64,000 bases of DNA, taken from an uncultured Verrucomicrobiae bacterium. GTDB lineage: Bacteria > Verrucomicrobiota > Verrucomicrobiia > Chthoniobacterales > SZAS-18. Location: assembly GCA_963811545.1 (NCBI GenBank), contig CAWERT010000014.1, positions 62,635-126,634 on the forward strand, read 5' to 3'. Positions 10,433 to 22,202 of this stretch are shown here, piece after piece. A model generated the notes under the pieces. That model saw only the letters and a program-made list of their open reading frames with translations, did no database searches and was not told the origin of the DNA. A program made the position numbers and the translations under genes. How positions within the stretch are numbered: position 1 is the first letter of the stretch; each line of letters begins with the position of its first letter.

Positions 10433-10765
10433 TCACCACAAAGAACACAAAGAAATCAAAGACCGGTCTATTTGGATGCGATTCTGTGTTGTCTCCCCTG
10501 CCTCCCTGGACTTCCGGCTTTTCGGTAATCTTGGTGGTCGATCCCCTTCCGAAGAATCTGCGGAAATCTGCGTTAATCTGCGGTTAACAAATCAAGCCGG
10601 TTTCCTGTCTTTCAATTTGCTTCGTTGCGCTCCCGTCGATTCCCCGCTTCCCTCGCGGCCTGACCGGCTATCTCATCACTCCTTTGTGATTCGTTTCGTG
10701 TCGGCCACCGCGCCTCGTTGATTCCGGCTTTACTTTCGGCCTCGCCGGTCGCTCCATTTGGGCCG
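10433..10765. repeat. composite intergenic repeat cluster ending in a conserved upstream motif
   Basis: Contains caccacaaagaacacaaagaaatcaaag, aatctgcggaaatctgcgttaatctgcggtt (about 10554-10586), and tcggccaccgcgcc..ccggctttactttcggcctcgccggtcgctccatttggg (10697-10763). Confidence 0.75.
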
Positions 10766-10865
10766 TTAGGCGTTGCTCGCCCGGCCGATCAACGTCACCA
10801 GGTTCTTCGCACGCTGATGCCTGGCTGTAGCTGTTGATCTTGAGCGACACCAAATTTTCGCGACC

Positions 10866-11496
10866 ATGAAATCGGCCATTGTTGCAGGAACCATCTTGTT
10901 GATCGGAGGCCTTTTCGTGGGGATTGGCTTTCAGGAGTCTCAGATCAAAAAGGAGCAAGCACTGGCCCTGCGAGCTCGCGAGGCCGGCGAGCCGGGTCCA
11001 CTTCCCCTCGATTTATGGCCAGCGGAGCCTTATCGAACCGCCAAGAAGAAAATAAGCGCCGCGAACAACGGCGCTGGCCTTGGCGGAAACTACGGAGCCC
11101 GGCGAAGTGAGAATCGAGAGTGCGCGATTTGCGGAAGTCCCCTGCCATTTCAGCCTCGACTTTCTCGATGGCCAGCTGATGCGCATTCACATCGCGTTTT
11201 TGAGGAAAGATCCTGCCGATGTGGGGCGCGTCCACGAACTCCTCAAGGCCCGCTACGGTGAGCCAACGCGCGACACCACGTCGAATAGCTCCTCTTTCGC
11301 AACGTGGCGCATCGCCTCGCCCCTGCCGTTTAGTGTGGTCAGCAGCGAGTCACCGTCTGATTTTTCAATCACCTACAGCGACGCAGGAGCCTTGGGACAA
11401 ACGGCCAGCGCCCAGACGGCCGAGGCGATCCTGCGCGCGAGTGAAGAAAAGGAGAAGCGGGCCAAAGAAGGCGGAGAAGAAGTAACCGCAGATTAA
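10866..11496 (+). CDS. hypothetical membrane-anchored protein, one frameshift near 11075
   Basis: N-terminal TM MKSAIVAGTILLIGGLFVGIGF. The second frame continues ...EVRIESARFAEVPCHFSLDFLDGQLMRIHIAFLRKDPADVGRVHELLKARYGEPTRD. No recognisable family. Confidence 0.45.
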
Positions 11497-11868
11497 CGCA
11501 GATCGACGCTGATTGGGAAGGCACGGCAGAGGAACCATGCCAGAGTGTGTGGGAGCAAGATCTTGAATGATAGAGCACAGACGACAATGACCGAGACTTG
11601 CTCTGACCTCCCCCGCCTTCGCGGCGGCTCCGTGTTCTTGCTTCACTCGGTCCGCTCGATCCACCGCGGCCTCATCGCGGCCTGACTGGCTGAACCGCCC
11701 TGCCACCGCAGCGCTCGGCCGTGGTTATTCTTCTGAAATCTGCGGGAAATCTGCGTTAATCTGCGGTTAAAAAATCAAGCTGGCTTTCCGGTCTTTCAAC
11801 TTCGTGTCGGCCACCGCGCCCTTTGCTTCCGGCTTTACTTTCCGCCTCGCCGGTCGCTCCATTTGGGT
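11484..11868. repeat. composite palindromic element plus a conserved upstream motif
   Basis: Arms aaccgcagattaacgcagat (about 11484) and aatctgcgttaatctgcggtt (about 11736-11769), then tcggccaccgcgcc..ccggctttactttccgcctcgccggtcgctccatttggg (11804-11868), paralogous to 10697-10763. Confidence 0.8.
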
Positions 11869-11881
11869 CGTCGCCGCACCT

Positions 11882-14297
11882 ATGAAGGACTTGCTGCCGG
11901 ATATTCGCTACGCGCTGCGGGCGCATCCGGAGGTCGCCGACGTTACGCTGGTCACGTTGCTCACGCTGATGCTCGGGATTGGCGCAAACGTGGTCGTCTT
12001 GGAGTGGTGAACGCACTCGTCTTGCAACCGCTGCGACGTGCGCGACCCGCAGAATCTTTATCAGCTTCGTCTAGCCTCTCGGATCAAACATGGTAAAGCC
12101 GTGACGATTGGTTTCCTGCCTTTCAGGACTATCAGCGGCGGAACACGACGTTCAGTGAAATGGCCGCTGTTTACTCGCTGGGCCCAGGCGAGGATGACCC
12201 CGGGTAACACCTCCAGAAATCTTTATGGCTATGCGGTCACCGGCAATTACTTCGAATTGCTGGGGGTGAGCCTCAGCTCGGCCTGTTCATCCAGTCTGCC
12301 GACGACCATGGTCTCAACTCGGAGCGCCCTACATCGTCTTGACTGACAAGCTTTGGCGAAGCGCCTTTAACGCCGTCCGGCGGTGGTGGGAACGGTCGTC
12401 CGGCTCAACGGGGATCCGGTTTACAGTCATCGGTGTTGCCCCGCCGAGTTTCGGCACGGAGAAATTTACCCGCTTCAGTCCGGACTACTATATTCCGATC
12501 GGGAACCACCTCGATCGGGATCGCCTGGAGGACCGCACGCCCCCGCCGCTGATGGTGTTTGGCCGACTGACATGCGTGACCCCCGGCAAGCGGCGAAAAT
12601 ATCAGTGCCATCTCGGCGCAATTGGCCGAGGGAATATCCAGCGACCGAGACCGGAATCGCCTGGCGACTGATTCGGCCGGGACTCTCCGGGGATCACGGT
12701 GACGTCATTCGCGGATTTCTTTATAGCGTGAGCGGACTGGGGTTGCTGGTGTTGGTGGCGGCTTGCGCCAATCTGGCCAGTCTCTTCGCGGCGCGCGCGG
12801 CGGATCGCAGCCGTGAGCTCGCCGTCCGCGTGGCGCTGGGGGCGAGCCAATGGCGACTCGTCCGGCAAGTCCTGACCGAAGTGGTGGTCTTGGCGGCGGT
12901 GGGTGGCGGCGCAGGCCTGGCGGGCGCAGGGCTGTTGCTGTTCGCGCTGCACCGATGGCAATCGCCCTACGGCCAAATGCCGATCAGTGTCGATGCCCCC
13001 GTGTATCTGGTGGCTCTGGCCTTGAGCGTGGTGAGCGCGCTGCTCCTGGCGATGATTCCCGCGCGGCAGGTGCGGCAGACCAATCCACAGCAGGCGATGA
13101 AAAGCGGAGCGGCGGATGCGACGCTGCGGCGCCGGTGGGGACCGCGGGATTTGTTGCTGGGCGCACAGATCGCCATCTGCATGCTCCTGGTCACGGCTTC
13201 GCTCATCGCAGTGCGAGCGATGGTGCGGGTGATGCACACTCCGCTCGGATTCCAGCCACAAGACGTGACGCTGGCCGACGTCGACTTCAGTTTGCTGGAA
13301 GAGAAGAACGTGCCGCTCGAAACAAAGAAAGCGATGCTGGAAGCGCTGCGGAACATCCCCGGCGTCACTGCGGTCGCGGCGATCAACAGGCCGCCGCTCA
13401 CCGGATCCCTGCGCGGTTATCCGGTTTTCGCGCCCGGGACGGCGGAACTCAACGTGAACAATTCCGTGCTGTCGTCTTACAATTACACCGTTTCGCCGGG
13501 CTACTTTGAGATCGCCCCCGTCCGGCTCATGGAGGGGCGCGATGTCTCGTGGCATGACACGACCGACACGCCGCTTGTCGCAATCGTGAACCAGACGTTC
13601 GCGCGCAACATGTGGGGCGAAGCATCGCCGATAGGGAAAACATTTCATTTTCCAGGACCAATTGAGGGAAGTCGTGGGTGTGGTGGAGGATGGAAAATAT
13701 GAAGAAGTGACCGAAGCGCCGCAGCCGGCGGTGTTTCTGCCGTGGTCACAAAACGAGCAGATCTCGCCGACTTTCGTGGTGCGGTCGCATCGGGCGCAGA
13801 ACGAACTGACGCCGGAAATCCAACGAACGACTGCTCGCGCTCGAACCCGAGGCGTTCGTCACGGTGCGTAGTTGGCGGACGCCATTGCGTGGGTGGTATT
13901 TCCGGCGCGGGCCGCGCACCGTCGCCTTGGGCATCATGAGCGGACTGGCCGCGATGCTGGCCGTCACCGGCATCTTCGGGATGGCGGCCTACAACGTGAG
14001 TCGCCGGATGAAGGAGTTCGGTCTCCGCGTGGCCTTGGGCGCGCAGGCGCGACACGTCCTGCGCGCGGCGGTGGGCCGCCCCATCGTTTTGCTGGCCGTC
14101 GGATCCTTGCTGGGGCTGCTGACCACCCTCTTCGCCGGCGGGCTCCTTCGCAGATTGTCGATCAGGCCGACCCGCGCGATCCCGTCGTCGTACTCGGTGC
14201 CGTGCTGACCATGATCCTTTTAGGCATCGCGGCGTCTGCCATTCCGGCGATGCGCGCGCTCGCGGTCGACCCATCCAAACTCATGCGGGAAGAGTAA
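11882..14297 (+). pseudogene. ADOP-type duplicated FtsX/MacB-like ABC transporter permease, many frameshifts
   Basis: N-terminus MKDLLPDIRYALRAHPEVADVTLVTLLTLMLGIGANVVV is typical of the family. The long in-frame block 12383-13702 has FtsX-like TM segments (LVLVAACANLASLFAARAADRSRELAVRVALGAS). The C-terminal FtsX repeat (FGLRVALGAQARHVLRAAVG...AIPAMRALAVDPSKLMREE*) lies in other frames. Confidence 0.8.
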
Positions 14298-14445
14298 CAC
14301 TCGTGTCAGATATTTTGTCCTGACCCCCTTTTCCACGTAGCGCGCCCACATCAAGTCTTCTTCTTGATGATAGGTCCTTGTCCTTTCACCGGTGTCTCAG
14401 TTGGCTTTGCCGAAAGTTGAGCTCCGATGATGTCAACCATCTTAG

Positions 14446-15135
14446 CTACCGGTTTGAAATCGGACCATTGGATTCCTCATGTATCGGCCACTTGCCATCC
14501 GAGGTGAGGTAAATCGATGCAGGCACTTGGTGTGCCCGATGACCGCTTATGAAATAGCTCAACACGGCTCCGCAGACCACACAGGTCATAGCGCGATGTC
14601 CTAGCAGCATTCCCGCCTCCGGGGGCTTGATGAAGGCGCCGACCCACCTGCCACCCATCGCTGCCGAAAGCGTGAAGACCGACGTCGTACATGCATAGCG
14701 CCAATCTTCACCCGGGTCAGAAGCCAGAAGCATTTTTCTTAGCCGTTCCTCATGCGGTCCTAAGTCCAAGGGATAAAAGGGAGCAGTGCTAACGCCGAAT
14801 CGCCAAAGCATCGACATCTGGAAGAGCTTCACCTTCGCGTAGTCGACTGAAAGCACGAGTGTCGTGCCGGTCTTACAGGAAATTTTTGGAGTTCCGTCGT
14901 CGTTGAAAATCTGGTTGGAGACGTAGCCCTCCCACTCTGCAAATCGCTGCTCGCATTCTTTGCAGAGCAATTTCTCGGAGAACGTCGAAAAGAATTTCTT
15001 CGCTGCGACATCCTCGTTCGTCGAGTGCGCGTCAAACGTTCCGTCGCCGTCGAGCAGACGCTTGAACAAGAAATCAGGAATAATGTGCGAATTGCACAAA
15101 GTTCTGTCCTCCCGGCAAAGTTTGCAGATTGCCAT
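14446..15135 (-). CDS. hypothetical Cys/His-rich protein with an HNH/treble-clef-like N-terminal motif
   Basis: MAICKLCREDRTLCNSHIIPDFLFK ... LLCKECEQRFAEWEG: two CxxC pairs flanking an SHIIP motif. Intact 229-aa ORF in a lower-GC region. Confidence 0.6.
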   Translation of the reverse strand: MAICKLCREDRTLCNSHIIPDFLFKRLLDGDGTFDAHSTNEDVAAKKFFSTFSEKLLCKECEQRFAEWEGYVSNQIFNDDGTPKISCKTGTTLVLSVDYAKVKLFQMSMLWRFGVSTAPFYPLDLGPHEERLRKMLLASDPGEDWRYACTTSVFTLSAAMGGRWVGAFIKPPEAGMLLGHRAMTCVVCGAVLSYFISGHRAHQVPASIYLTSDGKWPIHEESNGPISNR

Positions 15136-15478
15136 GGTCAGACGTTCCTTGTGAACCTTAGAATTCCACCCCTTTCACACTCCAAGAGCCGAACCGGAAG
15201 CGGCCACCAAGCTCCAATACGGAATATGGCCTTTTAGGTCGGCGCGTGCTGCGGTTAATGCATAGCACGTCTCAATTTGACAGGCGTTGGGAACTGGCAG
15301 AGTCGTACGGCGGGAGAGACTAGGTCGCCCTACAACCAGCCGCACGGTTTGCCGTCCTTCTGGGAGTTGGTCGATCAGGGTCACTTTCGTCGCAGTTAAG
15401 GTCGCAAACCCACCTAACGCAGAAAGAAAAAACTATGAACGCTGGAGCTCCGCGGTCGGCAGCGCTGACACGCTGCCC

Positions 15479-17230
15479 ATGTCAGTCGCGAATATGACGT
15501 TTCTTGTCAATCGTCTTGGTGAAGACTGCTCGCCTCTTCAATACGTCCGCGAGCTGACGCAGAATGCTATCGAAGCAGTCGCGCATCGCGGCGACGAGGC
15601 CGGCCAGGTTATCTGGGACGTGGACTGGTCGTACTTTGACCTCGAGGGAGTCAAAAGCTCTGTTGTATTGACAAGGGCGTCGGGATGACAGGTCCCGAGA
15701 TGGTCAAGTACATCAACAACTGTCGTCGTCGATTCACGAGCAGTCGGCGATTGGCAACTTTGGCGTCGGCGCGCAAGATTGCGGCAGCGCCGCGGAATCC
15801 GCCGGACTAAATCTGCTACTGAGCTGGAAGGACGGCGTCGGCCACATGATTCACTTGTGGTTCGATCCCGTGGAGAGGGTCTACGGTCTGAAGCGGTGGC
15901 CGAAGAACAACGGGGAGTTCTGGGCCGTAGTTTCGAACGATCTCAAACCCAAGGAGATTAAGGAGCAACGGGACGGTGGTGGTTCTGCTCGGCCGTTCGG
16001 ATGATGATGTGACGATGGAGCCGTCCGAGGGGACGCCGATGCGCTCTCGTTGGATCTTTGGTACTTAAATACCCGTTACTTTCGCTTTCCTGAGGGCGTC
16101 ACGGTCCGCGCGGGAGGGGTGGGAGCTACCGCGGCGAAATCCCAATTTCCTTCGGGTCGTTGACGGGCAAGGCGTGTGGCTGGATGCAAGAGCTGGGACG
16201 CAAAGGGTTCAATTGAACTTCCGGTGGGCGTGCGCATTGGTGGATTATCGGCGGGGTCGACTAGGACTCGGGTCACGTCGCACGGGGTGGACACGTCGCC
16301 GCCTTGTTTCAAAACGAGCTTTACGAGCTCAGTTGGGCCGCGCAGGCATTGCGCAGCTTCAGGCGTTTGGCGTGATCTTCGGCACCGATCGCGTCGCCGT
16401 ATATCTTGAGCCGAGTTTCGCCACTGAGTGCTCTGTGACCTCGAATACCGCGCGGACGCAACTGTTGATCGCCGGCGCGCCGTTGGATTGGGCGCGTGGG
16501 CCGCGGAATTTAGCGATCAGATGCCTGACGAGCTCGTTCGCCTTCAAGAACAGATTGGGGCCGGGCTGGTGAGAAGGACCACAAGAAGGCGATCCTGGAA
16601 CGTCTCAAGCAGATCGAGGATTTGCTTCGCTTCTCGCGCTTTCGTCCGGCGCGAGATGGAGTACCGCGGTGAACGTAGACTCGTCTGCAGGCGGTGAGTC
16701 GGCCGTCCACGGTGCTCAGCGGGCAGGGACTCGCGAGCCCGGCAAAAAGGGTGGCCAAGCGGGCGATATCTTTGCGCTATTTGCTGAGGCCGGCGGGTCA
16801 GTGCCGATTCGGTGGACAGCTTTTAGGAGCCGAAGACTCAGTGGGTTAGCAGGGAGGACGGGACTCGTTCGGCTGGAGACCTTGATGATCGTGCGGCGAG
16901 GTTCTTTCTGCAACAGAATTTGCTGCTGATAAACGCGGACTTTCGGGTGTTTACGGACATGGTCGATCGGTGGGTCCGACTCTATGATCACGTTCCTGGT
17001 GCGCTCGGAAGTGTTAGGGAGGTAGTTCATGAGTGGTTCGAGCAGCACTCATTGAAACGGTCATGAGCGCGCAGGGGCTGAAGAAGACAGGCAAGTGGAG
17101 TCTCCAGGAGCTTGAGGCACTTTGGAGCGAGTCGGCGCTTACCGCGGCCGTTCTTCCTCGCTGGCACATTGATCAAAGCATTAAGCGAAATCTCGGCCAC
17201 CGGCTCGGGAGCCTTAAGACCGCAGCATGA
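15479..17230 (+). pseudogene. GHKL (Bergerat-fold, HATPase_c_3/MORC-Hsp90-like) ATPase, about 580 aa when at least 8 frameshifts are repaired
   Basis: N-box LQYVRELTQNAIEA, G1 box CIDKGVGMTGPEM, G2 box GNFGVGAKIAAA. Protein-like continuation pieces (HLWFDPVERVYGLKRWPKNNGEFWAVV, YLNTRYFRFPEGVTVRA, FFLQQNLLLINADFRVFTDMVDRWV, LIETVMSAQGLKKTGKWSLQELEALW) are spread over three frames. An alternative start is ATG 15435, which needs one more shift. Confidence 0.65.
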
Positions 17231-17287
17231 AACTCCTGTAGGAATGAAAAACCGGGAAACGATTGTGCCACCAACTAACCCGCGGCC

Positions 17288-17795
17288 ATGTTGACCGAGT
17301 GGGCGCTATGCGCCAAACCGTTTGTGGACGTGATTGCGCCTGTTCTGACGCTTCTCGTGGCTGTCGGGGTGGGCTGGGTCGGTTATCAGCAATGGTTGAT
17401 AGCGCAGGCGCAGCGTTCGTTGTCCGAGGAAAAGATTCGTCTCTACTGTTGATCATCGCTATGAGGTCTTTAAGGCGTCACGGCAATTCATTCTTCTCAC
17501 GGCGCAGGTCGGCAGATTTGATGATGCAAATTGGGCTGACTTTCAGCTTAAGACTGCCGACGCCGTATTCCTTTTTGACGAAGACGTTCTTACTTATCTC
17601 AAGACCCTTCGCGATCGCTCGATTGAGGCATCTGCCACGCCGTCAGTCTATAGAATTGTTGCCGCCGCATCTGAGCAGGAGCATGTGCGTCTTGTGAACC
17701 TCCAGCGAGACTACCTTGCATGGCTAAATGAAAAGACGACGGCGATATCGACTGTGTTCGCGCCGTATCTGAGTTTCCGAAAGTTTAAGCCATGA
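17288..17795 (+). CDS. hypothetical single-pass membrane protein (about 168 aa), one 1-nt insertion near 17450
   Basis: MLTEWALCAKPFVDVIAPVLTLLVAVGVGWVGYQQWLIAQAQ (TM helix). The +1 frame continues VDHRYEVFKASRQFILLTAQVGRFDDANWADFQLKTADAVFLFDEDVLTYLKTLRDRSIE...YLSFRKFKP*. That C-terminal frame has no start codon of its own. Confidence 0.5.
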
Positions 17796-17803
17796 CAGAC
17801 TTT

Positions 17804-20133
<2,330 letters not shown>

Positions 20134-20184
20134 GGGCGTACTGTCGGATTCGACAGGACCGCTCCCACCGGCTGCACTCTCTGC

Positions 20185-20275
20185 TACGGACTTCCTGCGG
20201 CGGCATTACCCGCATCAGGTTCAAAGGGTTCCTTTCGAGAAGGTCTCAGCCGGTGTTTGGGCGCCCCTGTCTTGG
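20185..20275 (-). promoter_or_regulatory. TPP (THI-box) riboswitch in the thiC leader
   Basis: The reverse strand reads caggggcgcccaaacaccggctgagaccttctcgaaaggaaccctttgaacctgatgcgggtaatgccgccgcaggaag. This carries the conserved GGGG..CUGAGA..ACCCUUUGAACCUGAUCxGGxUAAUxCC..GGGAAG pattern, about 50 nt upstream of the thiC ATG. Confidence 0.9.
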
Positions 20276-20324
20276 TTTGCCTGACGCTAAGCAACGCGCG
20301 CGTCCAAGTCAATGCACGGCAGGG

Positions 20325-20570
20325 TTCACCACGAAGGTCACGAAGGACACGAAGGAAGAGAGGAATTCACCACGGAGAACACGGAGTGCACGGAGTGAAA
20401 GCAGGACACAAAGGGGTGGTAATCTTACGGAGCAGGTTGGCCGCAATACGGCACAGACCATGGCGTCTGCGCCGTATTGCGGCCATTCGCCTTTCCTCAG
20501 TGGCTTCTGTGACCTCCGTGGTAGATCCTTCCGCCTATCCTTCGTGCCCTTCGTGCGCTTCGTGGTGAGT
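20325..20570. repeat. three-layer nested palindrome (cacgaagg / cacggag arms around a 14-bp perfect hairpin)
   Basis: Outer arms are ttcaccacgaaggtcacgaaggacacgaagga and tccttcgtgcccttcgtgcgcttcgtggtga. Inner arms are caccacggagaacacggagtgcacggag and ctgtgacctccgtggta. The core is ggccgcaatacggc (20439-20452) paired with gccgtattgcggcc (20471-20484). Confidence 0.85.
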
Positions 20571-20572
20571 TC

Positions 20573-21759
20573 CTAGTCCAGCCGCGGCATCGGCATGGTG
20601 CGCATGCTGGTCGGCACCCATTCGCTGGCGGGGAAGGTGGAACTCGGCTCCTCGATGTCGGCCAGGTTTCCGGGAATCCGGTCGGATTTGTAGTCGGCCA
20701 CCAGCTTCGGCGGACGCCGGAAGAGCGCCAGGCCGCGGTAGGCCTCCACGCCGTCGGCAATCGATTCGCACAGGCTGTTGCGCCAAAGCGGATCGTTGAT
20801 CTGCTTGCCATCCTGCAGATTGCTGAGGAAGCCGCCTTCCACCAGGACCGAGGCCGACTTGGTCAGCTTGAGCACGGCGAAAGCGCGCGCGCTTCACGCC
20901 GCGATCGAACTCGCCCATGTTGCCGATGAGCGCGTGCTGGATCGAGGTGGCCAGCGCGAGGCTGGCGTTCTCGGAGTCGTGGCCGGGGAGCTGCGCGAGC
21001 AGGTCGGCGTAGGTGTATTCGTCGTGCGTGGCCGGGCGCGCCGCGCGGGGCCAGGGCGAAGACCTCGAAGCCGGTGGCGTCGCCCGAGTTGTCGCCCGAG
21101 GCGTTGAAATGGATGCAGACAAAGATCGAATCGGGCACCGAGTTGGCGCGGCGCGCGCGCTCCTCCAGCGGCACGAACTCGTCCGTGCTGCGCACCATGA
21201 CGGTCTTGAAGCCGCGCTTCTCGAGCATGGTCTTGAGCTCCTTCGAGACGAGAAGGTTGTAGTCCTTTTCCATCCCGAACGGGCTGGCCGCGCCCTTGTC
21301 GTGACCGCCGTGGCCGGCGTCGATCACCACCGTCCTGAAGGGCTTCACCGCGGGCACCATGTTCGGGCGCAGGGCGGGGTCGAGCGTCTTGGCCAGGTCG
21401 AAGCGCGAGACGAGCAGCTTGCCGTCCTGCTCGCGCACGGGGAAGGAGAGCCACTGCTTGACGCCGTTGATGAGGACGATGCGGCCGTCGGTGCCGGTCT
21501 CCAGGGTGGAGCGGCCGTTGGTCAGGAGGATGCGGCGGTCGCCGGGCTTGAGCTCGCCCTGCAGCTTGTAGAAGCGCGCGATGTTTTCCAGGGTGAGGTA
21601 GTCGCGGCCCTCGTACTTGACGATCTTCCAGTCGGGATTGACCTCGGCGGGCTTCTTGTCGGCGGCGGCCCGGGCGCCCCTTTTCTCCGCGGCGTGGGCG
21701 CAGATCGTCCCGCCGAGCGCCAGGAAGGCGAGGAGAACGGTCAGACGACGGAGATTCAT
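20573..21759 (-). pseudogene. N-acetylmuramoyl-L-alanine amidase (Amidase_3 family), 2 frameshifts
   Basis: Signal peptide MNLRRLTVLLAFLALGGTICAHA, then TVVIDAGHGGHDKGA, SIFVCIHFNAS, and in other frames DRGVKRARFAVLKLTKSASVLVEGGFLSN. Confidence 0.85.
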
Positions 21760-21847
21760 GAAGCGCGGCGATCGCAAAACCTTGAGACGCCGATGGCGGG
21801 AAAACGTTCAGCGGCAATCGTGCCGTTTGCTAGTCGCACCCGCGTCA

Positions 21848-21921
21848 TGGCTGCCTCGCAAGGATTCGAACCTTGACAAGAAGCTCCAGAGGCTTCCGTG
21901 CTACCGTTACACCACAAGGCA
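21848..21921 (-). tRNA. tRNA-Gln (anticodon CTG)
   Basis: The reverse complement tgccttgtggtgtaacggtagcacggaagcctctggagcttcttgtcaaggttcgaatccttgcgaggcagcca folds as a cloverleaf, with acceptor TGCCTTG/CGAGGCA, anticodon loop CTCTGGA, a TTCGAAT T-loop and an encoded CCA. Confidence 0.9.
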
Positions 21922-22202
21922 ATTGCTGGGGCGGAATCATGCCAGCATCCGGGGGTTTGCGCAAAAATATTTTTCCGGCGGCGGCGGCCGCGATCGGTTC
22001 GCCAACTTGTTCACCAACCGCGGATCACACTTCGTGCCGCATCGCGCGGGAACCCTGATAAAATCAGGAAAAAACTTCCATTCGATTTCCAATAATCGTT
22101 TGACACCCCCAACATCGAGTGACAAAACGACCGCCTATATCGCGCGCCCCGATTTTCCCCCCGGCGCCCGGTTCCCCAACCTAACCTCACAGTCGTTTCT
22201 TC

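Noticed and set aside
14298-17800. Calling the lower-GC islet a prophage, IS or integrative element
   Set aside because: No integrase, recombinase, transposase, terminal inverted repeat or tRNA target is visible. Only the duplicated thiC end hints at past integration.
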